Assembly: GCA_949358305.1 (NCBI GenBank)
Contig: OX442314.1
Coordinates: 28,954,001-29,018,000, forward strand
Source of the DNA: Strigamia acuminata
Lineage: Eukaryota
DNA length: 64,000 bases
Direction of reading: 5' to 3'
Below, piece by piece: positions 41,745 through 53,800 of the stretch (position 1 is its first letter; each line of letters opens with the position of its first letter). Both the position numbers and the translations under genes were made by a program. The notes beneath the pieces were generated by a model. The model saw only the letters and a list, made by a program, of their open reading frames with translations, was not told the origin of the DNA and did no database searches.

Positions 41745-44581
41745 GCAAACTTGCAAAACTTGCACCGAATTTGGGCAATTTTTTACAAATTTCAGCAGAT
41801 TTTTGTCTATATTTGACAAATTTCAGCAGATTTTTGTCTATATTTGACAAATTTCAGCAGATTTCCTCAATCCTCAAACATTTGCTGATATTTCTCAAAC
41901 ATTTTCTAAAATTAATTGAAATCTGTCTGAAATTTGTCTTGAATGTGTCAAATATTGTCAAAAATCCGTGGAAATTTGTCAAATACTGGCAAAAATCCAT
42001 GTAAATTTGTCAAAAATTGCCATAATTCGGTGCAAATTGTGTTAGATATTGGAAAAATTTATTTTAACGCTTCCAACGCGCCAGTAAATCGCGCGTGCAC
42101 ACGCGTGGATTTTTCGTCATAGTTGGATGCGCGCAAACCTCACGTAACTTGCGCCAAAATTTGGCAATTTTTGACAAATTTCAGCAGATTTTTGCCAGTA
42201 TTTGACAAATTTCCACTGATTTTTGACAATATTTGACCCAACAACTGCGCCACGTTCCAGGCGCCGGTTTAGGCATTTTAGACCCGTTTTAGACCGTTTT
42301 AGATGGCGAAAACGTTCTCTCCATCATTTTCTACCCCTGGGTGAGGTTTTCAGCGTTCATGATTGATGAAAAAGCTGTTTTCTAACTAGCTGTCCCATTG
42401 CTAGTTTTGGCGTCAGGTTTTAGCAACCTTCCGATCCGACTCTGTCGTCTGCACGACCTCCAAGACCGTTTTAGGGTTAATTTGAGTCAAATAATTCATT
42501 CTGGGGGTTGTTTTGGGTTTTTTACAAGTGTGTTTTTGTAGTTTTTATTGGTTTCAAACATTGTCAATTCTTTATACAAGTGTAACTTTCATTTCTCTGT
42601 ATTTTGAGAACTTTGCATTGCAGCAAAGTTCATTTCTTGCCCCTTAATTATTGTGTAATTGTTGGTTTTCAAGCCCGTTTTTTAACAATAACTTTATTTG
42701 AAGTGCCTATTGTTTCAGGCACGTGCTTCCACGTGCCTTTTATTGTTGAGCAATTTCTTGGGCAGTTGCGCTCCTGTTGCTAGCATTGCCGCGCGTTCTC
42801 CGCGCGCGTACTCGCGTTTCGCATCACACACATTCGGATTCGATGGCCTATCGCGGCGGCACATTGTGTGGCATAGCGCGGCAGGTTGCAATTGCTAATG
42901 CTACGGTCGACGGCGATTCGCATGCGCTATCCGCTGCATCAAACCCCAAATACCGATCAAAAATCGCAGAAAACACTAATCCCGACCCAAAAACCGCCAA
43001 AATTACCCTCAACACACGCCAACAACCTTCCACCACTTAAATTACACCGGAAAAAAACAATTTCAAACCGAAAAATCAACAAAAAAGGCCAAAAAAATAT
43101 TGCAAACAAAGAGAAAAGATCAATTATCGAGGCAAATCCCCACCACAAAACAACGCATCGCCGGTATACACTTAAGCGTACAGTGCACAACACTACTGTT
43201 TATTTTCAATGATCCAATAAATAAAATTTGAAACAAAGTTGAGTGGAATTGTACGTTTCTTGTATATTAAAGTTTTTATTTTGTTTGTTTACACTTAATT
43301 TTTTTTTTCCATCATAGAATGGCGACTCGATACTTTTGTAGCTCGAATTCACTTCGTAAACGTGGTCGGTGTTCATCACGCGTCAATGCGCTCGTGCAAT
43401 AGTATAGGCGCGCATACGATTTGATGCGCGCAAAACTTGCAAAACTTGCACGGAATTTGGGCAATTTTTGACAAATTTCAGCAGATTTTTGCCTGTATTT
43501 GACAAATTTCAGAAGATTTTTGCCTATATTTGACAAATTTCAGAAGATTTCCTCAATCCTCAAACATTTGCTGAAATTTCTCATAAAATTTCTAAAATTA
43601 ATTGAAATTTGTCTGAAATTTGTCTGGAATTTGTCAAATATTGTCAAAAATCCGTGGAAATTTGTCAAATACTGGCAAAAATCCATGTAAATTTGTCAAA
43701 AATTGCCATAATTCGGTGCAAATTGTGTTAGATATTGGAAAAATTTATTTTAACGCTTCCAACGCGCCAGTAAATCGCGCGTGCACACGCATGGATTTTT
43801 TGTCATAGTTGGATGCGCGCAAACCTCACGTAACTTGCGCCAAAATTTGGCAATTTTTGACAAATTTCAGCAGATTTTTGCCAGTATTTGACAAATTTCC
43901 ACTGATTTTTGACAATATTTGACCCAACAACTGCGCCACGTTCCAGGCGCCGGTTTAGGCATTTTAGACCCGTTTTAGACCGTTTTAGATGGCGAAAACG
44001 TTCTCTCCATCATTTTCTACCCCTGGGTGAGGTTTTCAGCGTTCATAATTGATGAAAAAGCTGTTTTCTAACTAGCTGTCCCATTGCTAGTTTTGGCGTC
44101 AGGTTTTAGCAACCTTCCGATCCGACTCTGTCGTCTGCACGACCTCCAAGACTGTTTTAGGGTTAATTTGAGTCAAATAATTCATTCTGGGTGTTGTTTT
44201 GGGTTTTTTACAAGTGTGTTTTTGTAGTTTTTATTGGTTTCAAACATTGTCAATTCTTTATACAAGTGTAACTTTCATTTCTCTGTATTTTGAGAACTTT
44301 GCATTGCAGCAAAGTTCATTTCTTGCCCCTTAATTATTGTGTAATTGTTGGTTTTCAAGCCCGTTTTTTAACAATAACTTTATTTGAAGTGCCTATTGTT
44401 TCAGGCACGTGCTTCCACGTGCCTTTTATTGTTGAGCAATTTCTTGGGCAGTTGCGCTCCTGTTGCTAGCATTGCCGCGCGTTCTCCGCGCGCGTACTCG
44501 CGCGTTTCGCATCACACACATTCGGGTTCAATGGCCTATCGCGGCGGCACATTGTGTGGCATAGCGCGGCACGTTGCAATT
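41745..44581. repeat. Left arm: ~1.7 copies of the 1.68-kb unit, inverted relative to the right array
   Basis: Period 1686 (41755 vs 43441; 42698 vs 44384); outer copy truncated and more diverged. Confidence 0.93.
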
Positions 44582-44699
44582 ACGTGACGTGGCACGTTGC
44601 TGTTACGTGACGCGATAGCCAGTATTTAAGCAGGGGATTCCATCATCGTTTACACAAATGCGCATTGCAACGTGGAGGCGCATTCGAGTCCTTTTCCCA

Positions 44700-45368
44700 A
44701 GCGTTGAAAAAGGACAAAACTCGTATTCGATTCGAAAGCGAATCGAATACGATTTTTGTCCTTTTTCAACGCAAAATTGTATTCGATTCGCTTTCGAATC
44801 GAATACGAGTTTTGCCCTTCTTCAACGCGAAATCGTATTCGACTCGCTTTCGAGTCGAATGCGAATTTTTCCCTTCTTCAACGCGAAATCGTATTCGACT
44901 CGTTTTCGAGTCGAGTACGAGTTTTGCCCTTCTTCAACGCGAAATCGTATTCGACTCGTTTTCGAGTCGAATACGAGTTTTGCCCTTCTTCAACGCGAAA
45001 TCGTATTCGACTCTTTTCGAGTCGAGTACGAGTTTTGCCCTTCTTCAACGCGAAATCGTATTCGACTCGTTTTCGAGTCGAGTACGAGTTTTGCCCTTCT
45101 TCAACGCGAAATCGTATTCGACTCGTTTTCGAGTCGAATACGAGTTTTGCCCTTCTTCAACGCGAAATCGTATTCGACTCGTTTTCGAGTCGAGTACGAG
45201 TTTTGCCCTTCTTCAACGCGAAATCGTATTCGACTCGTTTTCGAGTCGAATACGAGTTTTGCCCTTCTTCAACGCGAAATCGTATTCGACTCGTTTTCGA
45301 GTCGAGTACGAGTTTTGTCCTTCTTCAACGCGAAATCGTATTCGACTCGTTTTCGAGTCGAATACGAG
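44700..45368. repeat. 56-bp tandem array, ~12 units, each with a 14-bp-stem hairpin (mirror copy at ~47036-47705)
   Basis: Unit GAGTTTTGCCCTTCTTCAACGCGAAATCGTATTCGACTCGTTTTCGAGTCGA(A/G)TAC. Confidence 0.95.
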
Positions 45369-45399
45369 ATAGTCGATGACCCGTTCCCGGACTTTGACT

Positions 45400-47005
45400 C
45401 GTACGACTCGTATTCGAGATGTATTCGAGATGTATTCGAGATGTATTCGAATCGTATTCGAGTCGCATTCGAGATGGTCGATGATTTCCACTCGCTCGTA
45501 TACGCGTTGTATACGAGCTCGTATTTTGATCGTAATCGTAAACGAATCGTTTACAAGTCGTATACAAGTTGTATACGACGTGTATACACCTCGTATACGA
45601 ACGAAGTTTGTGAAAACACAATTTCCAAATAAGACGTATGTGACTACTATGTGTTTTCATGTCGTAGTAAGTATCCGGTGGATTTTCCAAACTTCGTTCG
45701 TATACGAGGTGTATACACGTCGTATACAACTTGTATACGACTTGTAAACGATTCGTTTACGATTACGATCAAAATACGAGCTCGTATACAACGCGTATAC
45801 GAGCGAGTGGAAACCATCGACCATCTCGAATGCGACTCGAATACGATTCGAATACATCTCGAATACATCTCGAATACGAGTCGTATACGAGATGGTCGAT
45901 TTTTGTTTCCCGGACTTTGATTCGTATTCGAGTTGTTACGAGTTCGTATTTTGATCGTATTCGTATTCGAATCGAATTCGAATCGTATTCGAATCGAATA
46001 CGAATCGAATTCGAGTCGTATTCGAGATGGTCGATGATTTCCACTCGCTCGTATACGCGTTGTATACGAGCTCGTATTTTGATCGTAATCGTAAACGAAT
46101 CGTTTACAAGTCGTATACAAGTTGTATACGACGTGTATACACCTCGTATACGAACGAAGTTTGTGAAAACACAATTTCCAAATAAGACGTATGTGACTAC
46201 TATGTGTTTTCATGTCGTAGTAAGTATCCGGTGGATTTTCCAAACTTCGTTCGTATACGAGGTGTATACACGTCGTATACAACTTGTATACGACTTGTAA
46301 ACGATTCGTTTACGATTACGATCAAAATACGAGCTCGTATACAACGCGTATACGAGCGAGTGGAAATCATCGACCATCTCGAATGCGACTCGAATACGAT
46401 TCGAATACATCCCGAATACATCTCGAATACGAGTCGTATACGAGATGGTCGATTTTTGTTTCCCGGACTTTGATTCGTATTCGAGTTGTTACGAGTTCGT
46501 ATTTTGATCGTATTCGTATTCGAATCGAATTCGAATCGTATTCGAATCGAATACGAATCGAATTCGAGTCGTATTCGAGATGGTCGATGATTTCCACTCG
46601 CTCGTATACGCGTTGTATACGAGCTCGTATTTTGATCGTAATCGTAAACGAATCGTTTACAAGTCGTATACAAGTTGTATACGACGTGTATACACCTCGT
46701 ATACGAACGAAGTTTGTGAAAACACAATTTCCAAATAAGACGTATGTGACTACTATGTGTTTTCATGTCGTAGTAAGTATCCGGTGGATTTTCCAAACTT
46801 CGTTCGTATACGAGGTGTATACACGTCGTATACAACTTGTATACGACTTGTAAACGATTCGTTTACGATTACGATCAAAATACGAGCTCGTATACAACGC
46901 GTATACGAGCGAGTGGAAATCATCGACCATCTCGAATGCGACTCGAATACGATTCGAATACATCTCGAATACATCTCGAATACATCTCGAATACGAGTCG
47001 TACGA
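45400..47005. repeat. Core: 553-bp period, three hairpin modules (arm - 77-nt spacer - inverted arm)
   Basis: Identical spacers at 45611-45687, 46164-46240 and 46717-46793, all in the same orientation; ORF repeats at 45647/46200/46753. Confidence 0.93.
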
Positions 47006-47823
47006 GTCAAAGTCCGGGAACGGGTCATCGACTATCTCGTATTCGACTCGAAAACGAGTCGAATACGATTTCGCGTTGAAGAAGGGCAAAACTCGTACTC
47101 GACTCGAAAACGAGTCGAATACGATTTCGCGTTGAAGAAGGGCAAAACTCGTATTCGACTCGAAAACGAGTCGAATACGATTTCGCGTTGAAGAAGGGCA
47201 AAACTCGTACTCGACTCGAAAACGAGTCGAATACGATTTCGCGTTGAAGAAGGGCAAAACTCGTATTCGACTCGAAAACGAGTCGAATACGATTTCGCGT
47301 TGAAGAAGGGCAAAACTCGTACTCGACTCGAAAACGAGTCGAATACGATTTCGCGTTGAAGAAGGGCAAAACTCGTACTCGACTCGAAAACGAGTCGAAT
47401 ACGATTTCGCGTTGAAGAAGGGCAAAACTCGTATTCGACTCGAAAACGAGTCGAATACGATTTCGCGTTGAAGAAGGGCAAAACTCGTACTCGACTCGAA
47501 AACGAGTCGAATACGATTTCGCGTTGAAGAAGGGAAAAATTCGCATTCGACTCGAAAGCGAGTCGAATACGATTTCGCGTTGAAGAAGGGCAAAACTCGT
47601 ATTCGATTCGAAAGCGAATCGAATACAATTTTGCGTTGAAAAAGGACAAAAATCGTATTCGATTCGCTTTCGAATCGAATACGAGTTTTGTCCTTTTTCA
47701 ACGCTTGGGAAAAGGACTCGAATGCGCCTCCACGTTGCAATGCGCATTTGTGTAAACGATGATGGAATCCCCTGCTTAAATACTGGCTATCGCGTCACGT
47801 AACAGCAACGTGCCACGTCACGT

Positions 47824-50800
47824 AATTGCAACGTGCCGCGCTATGCCACACAATGTGCCGCCGCGATAGGCCATTGAACCCGAATGTGTGTGATGCGAAA
47901 CGCGCGAGTACGCGCGCGGAGAACGCGCGGCAATGCTAGCAACAGGAGCGCAACTGCCCAAGAAATTGCTCAACAATAAAAGGCACGTGGAAGCACGTGC
48001 CTGAAACAATAGGCACTTCAAATAAAGTTATTGTTAAAAAACGGGCTTGAAAACCAACAATTACACAATAATTAAGGGGCAAGAAATGAACTTTGCTGCA
48101 ATGCAAAGTTCTCAAAATACAGAGAAATGAAAGTTACACTTGTATAAAGAATTGACAATGTTTGAAACCAATAAAAACTACAAAAACACACTTGTAAAAA
48201 ACCCAAAACAACACCCAGAATGAATTATTTGACTCAAATTAACCCTAAAACAGTCTTGGAGGTCGTGCAGACGACAGAGTCGGATCGGAAGGTTGCTAAA
48301 ACCTGACGCCAAAACTAGCAATGGGACAGCTAGTTAGAAAACAGCTTTTTCATCAATTATGAACGCTGAAAACCTCACCCAGGGGTAGAAAATGATGGAG
48401 AGAACGTTTTCGCCATCTAAAACGGTCTAAAACGGGTCTAAAATGCCTAAACCGGCGCCTGGAACGTGGCGCAGTTGTTGGGTCAAATATTGTCAAAAAT
48501 CAGTGGAAATTTGTCAAATACTGGCAAAAATCTGCTGAAATTTGTCAAAAATTGCCAAATTTTGGCGCAAGTTACGTGAGGTTTGCGCGCATCCAACTAT
48601 GACAAAAAATCCATGCGTGTGCACGCGCGATTTACTGGCGCGTTGGAAGCGTTAAAATAAATTTTTCCAATATCTAACACAATTTGCACCGAATTATGGC
48701 AATTTTTGACAAATTTACATGGATTTTTGCCAGTATTTGACAAATTTCCACGGATTTTTGACAATATTTGACAAATTCCAGACAAATTTCAGACAAATTT
48801 CAATTAATTTTAGAAATTTTATGAGAAATTTCAGCAAATGTTTGAGGATTGAGGAAATCTTCTGAAATTTGTCAAATATAGGCAAAAATCTTCTGAAATT
48901 TGTCAAATACAGGCAAAAATCTGCTGAAATTTGTCAAAAATTGCCCAAATTCCGTGCAAGTTTTGCAAGTTTTGCGCGCATCAAATCGTATGCGCGCCTA
49001 TACTATTGCACGAGCGCATTGACGCGTGATGAACACCGACCACGTTTACGAAGTGAATTCGAGCTACAAAAGTATCGAGTCGCCATTCTATGATGGAAAA
49101 AAAAAATTAAGTGTAAACAAACAAAATAAAAACTTTAATATACAAGAAACGTACAATTCCACTCAACTTTGTTTCAAATTTTATTTATTGGATCATTGAA
49201 AATAAACAGTAGTGTTGTGCACTGTACGCTTAAGTGTATACCGGCGATGCGTTGTTTTGTGGTGGGGATTTGCCTCGATAATTGATCTTTTCTCTTTGTT
49301 TGCAATATTTTTTTGGCCTTTTTTGTTGATTTTTCGGTTTGAAATTGTTTTTTTCCGGTGTAATTTAAGTGGTGGAAGGTTGTTGGCGTGTGTTGAGGGT
49401 AATTTTGGCGGTTTTTGGGTCGGGATTAGTGTTTTCTGCGATTTTTGATCGGTATTTGGGGTTTGATGCAGCGGATAGCGCATGCGAATCGCCGTCGACC
49501 GTAGCATTAGCAATTGCAACCTGCCGCGCTATGCCACACAATGTGCCGCCGCGATAGGCCATCGAATCCGAATGTGTGTGATGCGAAACGCGAGTACGCG
49601 CGCGGAGAACGCGCGGCAATGCTAGCAACAGGAGCGCAACTGCCCAAGAAATTGCTCAACAATAAAAGGCACGTGGAAGCACGTGCCTGAAACAATAGGC
49701 ACTTCAAATAAAGTTATTGTTAAAAAACGGGCTTGAAAACCAACAATTACACAATAATTAAGGGGCAAGAAATGAACTTTGCTGCAATGCAAAGTTCTCA
49801 AAATACAGAGAAATGAAAGTTACACTTGTATAAAGAATTGACAATGTTTGAAACCAATAAAAACTACAAAAACACACTTGTAAAAAACCCAAAACAACCC
49901 CCAGAATGAATTATTTGACTCAAATTAACCCTAAAACGGTCTTGGAGGTCGTGCAGACGACAGAGTCGGATCGGAAGGTTGCTAAAACCTGACGCCAAAA
50001 CTAGCAATGGGACAGCTAGTTAGAAAACAGCTTTTTCATCAATCATGAACGCTGAAAACCTCACCCAGGGGTAGAAAATGATGGAGAGAACGTTTTCGCC
50101 ATCTAAAACGGTCTAAAACGGGTCTAAAATGCCTAAACCGGCACCTGGAACGTGGCGCAGTTGTTGGGTCAAATATTGTCAAAAATCAGTGGAAATTTGT
50201 CAAATACTGGCAAAAATCTGCTGAAATTTGTCAAAAATTGCCAAATTTTGGCGCAAGTTACGTGAGGTTTGCGCGCATCCAACTATGACGAAAAATCCAT
50301 GCGTGTGCACGCGCGATTTACTGGCGCGTTGGAAGCGTTAAAATAAATTTTTCCAATATCTAACACAATTTGCACCGAATTATGGCAATTTTTGACAAAT
50401 TTACATGGATTTTTGCCAGTATTTGACAAATTTCCACGGATTTTTGACAATATTTGACAAATTCCAGACAAATTTCAGACAAATTTCAATTAATTTTTGA
50501 AATTTTATGAGAAATTTCAGCAAATGTTTGAGGATTGAGGAAATCTTCTGAAATTTGTCAAATATAGGCAAAAATCTTCTGAAATTTGTCAAATACAGGC
50601 AAAAATCTGCTGAAATTTGTCAAAAATTGCCCAAATTCCGTGCAAGTTTTGCAAGTTTTGCGCGCATCAAATCGTATGCGCGCCTATACTATTGCACGAG
50701 CGCATTGACGCGTGATGAACACCGACCACGTTTACGAAGTGAATTCGAGCTACAAAAGTATCGAGTCGCCATTCTATGATGGAAAAAAAAAATTAAGTGT

Positions 50801-53800
50801 AAACAAACAAAATAAAAACTTTAATATACAAGAAACGTACAATTCCACTCAACTTTGTTTCAAATTTTATTTATTGGATCATTGAAAATAAACAGTAGTG
50901 TTGTGCACTGTACGCTTAAGTGTATACCGGCGATGCGTTGTTTTGTGGTGGGGATTTGCCTCGATAATTGATCTTTTCTCTTTGTTTGCAATATTTTTTT
51001 GGCCTTTTTTGTTGATTTTTCGGTTTGAAATTGTTTTTTTCCGGTGTAATTTAAGTGGTGGAAGGTTGTTGGCGTGTGTTGAGGGTAATTTTGGCGGTTT
51101 TTGGGTCGGGATTAGTGTTTTCTGCGATTTTTTATCGGTATTTGGGGTTTGATGCAGCGGATAGCGCATGCGAAACGCCGTCGACCGTAGCATTAGCAAT
51201 TGCAACGTGCCGCGCTATGCCACACAATGTGCCGCCGCGATATGCCATCGAATCCGAATGTGTGTGATGCGAAACGCGAGTACGCGCGCGGAGAACGCGC
51301 GGCAATGCTAGCAACAGGAGCGCAACTGCCCAAGAAATTGCTCAACAATAAAAGGCACGTGCCTGAAACAATAGGCACTTCAAATAAAGTTATTGTTAAA
51401 AAATGGGCCTGAAAACCAACAATTACACAATAATTAAGGGGCAAGAAATGAACTTTGCTGCAATGCAAAGTTCTCAAAATACAGAGAAATGAAAGTTACA
51501 CTTGTATAAAGAATTGACAATGTTTGAAACCAATAAAAACTACAAAAACACACTTGTAAAAAACCCAAAACAACCCCCAGAATGAATTATTTGACTCAAA
51601 TTAACCCTAAAACGGTCTTGGAGGTCGTGCAGACGACAGAGTCGGATCGGAAGGTTGCTAAAACCTGACGCCAAAACTAGCAATGGGACAGCTAGTTAGA
51701 AAACAGCTTTTTCATCAATCATGAACGCTGAAAACCTCACCCAGGGGTAGAAAATGATGGAGAGAACGTTTTCGCCATCTAAAACGGTCTAAAACGGGTC
51801 TAAAATGCCTAAACCGGCGCCTGGAACGTGGCGCAGTTGTTGGGTCAAATATTGTCAAAAATCAGTGGAAATTTGTCAAATACTGGCAAAAATCTGCTGA
51901 AATTTGTCAAAAATTGCCAAATTTTGGCGCAAGTTACGTGAGGTTTGCGCGCATCCAACTATGACGAAAAATCCATGCGTGTGCACGCGCGATTTACTGG
52001 CGCGTTGGAAGCGTTAAAATAAATTTTTCCAATATCTAACACAATTTGCACCGAATTATGGCAATTTTTGACAAATTTACATGGATTTTTGCCAGTATTT
52101 GACAAATTTCCACGGATTTTTGACAATATTTGACAAATTCCAGACAAATTTCAGACAAATTTCAATTAATTTTTGAAATTTTATGAGAAATTTCAGCAAA
52201 TGTTTGAGGATTGAGGAAATCTTCTGAAATTTGTCAAATATAGGCAAAAATCTTCTGAAATTTGTCAAATACAGGCAAAAATCTGCTGAAATTTGTCAAA
52301 AATTGCCCAAATTCCGTGCAAGTTTTGCAAGTTTTGCGCGCATCAAATCGTATGCGCGCCTATACTATTGCACGAGCGCATTGACGCGTGATGAACACCG
52401 ACCACGTTTACGAAGTGAATTCGAGCTACAAAAGTATCGAGTCGCCATTCTATGATGGAAAAAAAAAATTAAGTGTAAACAAACAAAATAAAAACTTTAA
52501 TATACAAGAAACGTACAATTCCACTCAACTTTGTTTCAAATTTTATTTATTGGATCATTGAAAATAAACAGTAGTGTTGTGCACTGTACGCTTAAGTGTA
52601 TACCGGCGATGCGTTGTTTTGTGGTGGGGATTTGCCTCGATAATTGATCTTTTCTCTTTGTTTGCAATATTTTTTTGGCCTTTTTTGTTGATTTTTCGGT
52701 TTGAAATTGTTTTTTTCCGGTGTAATTTAAGTGGTGGAAGGTTGTTGGCGTGTGTTGAGGGTAATTTTGGCGGTTTTTGGGTCGGGATTAGTGTTTTCTG
52801 CGATTTTTTATCGGTATTTGGGGTTTGATGCAGCGGATAGCGCATGCGAATCGCCGTCGACCGTAGCATTAGCAATTGCAACGTGCCGCGCTATGCCACA
52901 CAATGTGCCGCCGCGATATGCCATCGAATCCGAATGTGTGTGATGCGAAACGCGAGTACGCGCGCGGAGAACGCGCGGCAATGCTAGCAACAGGAGCGCA
53001 ACTGCCCAAGAAATTGCTCAACAATAAAAGGCACGTGCCTGAAACAATAGGCACTTCAAATAAAGTTATTGTTAAAAAACGGGCTTGAAAACCAACAATT
53101 ACACAATAATTAAGGGGCAAGAAATGAACTTTGCTGCAATGCAAAGTTCTCAAAATACAGAGAAATGAAAGTTACACTTGTATAAAGAATTGACAATGTT
53201 TGAAACCAATAAAAACTACAAAAACACACTTGTAAAAAACCCAAAACAACCCCCAGAATGAATTATTTGACTCAAATTAACCCTAAAACGGTCTTGGAGG
53301 TCGTGCAGACGACAGAGTCGGATCGGAAGGTTGCTAAAACCTGACGCCAAAACTAGCAATGGGACAGCTAGTTAGAAAACAGCTTTTTCATCAATCATGA
53401 ACGCTGAAAACCTCACCCAGGGGTAGAAAATGATGGAGAGAACGTTTTCGCCATCTAAAACGGTCTAAAACGGGTCTAAAATGCCTAAACCGGCGCCTGG
53501 AACGTGGCGCAGTTGTTGGGTCAAATATTGTCAAAAATCAGTGGAAATTTGTCAAATACTGGCAAAAATCTGCTGAAATTTGTCAAAAATTGCCAAATTT
53601 TGGCGCAAGTTACGTGAGGTTTGCGCGCATCCAACTATGACGAAAAATCCATGCGTGTGCACGCGCGATTTACTGGCGCGTTGGAAGCGTTAAAATAAAT
53701 TTTTCCAATATCTAACACAATTTGCACCGAATTATGGCAATTTTTGACAAATTTACATGGATTTTTGCCAGTATTTGACAAATTTCCACGGATTTTTGAC

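Larger units (their letters stand above)
41745..50660. repeat. ~8.9-kb inverted repeat (palindrome) centred at ~46,202
   Basis: Mirror ORF pairs sum to 92,405 in the outer arms (44658/47747, 42698/49707) and 92,404 in the inner part (45376/47028). Confidence 0.95.

Noticed and set aside
44700..47705. CRISPR-like array of palindromic repeats
   Set aside because: Intervening sequences are identical rather than unique spacers; no cas genes; eukaryotic context
44658..47747. 200-325-aa repetitive ORFs in all three frames
   Set aside because: Follows from a stop-free 56-bp unit cycling through frames; the arms differ by a frameshift; no protein-like features
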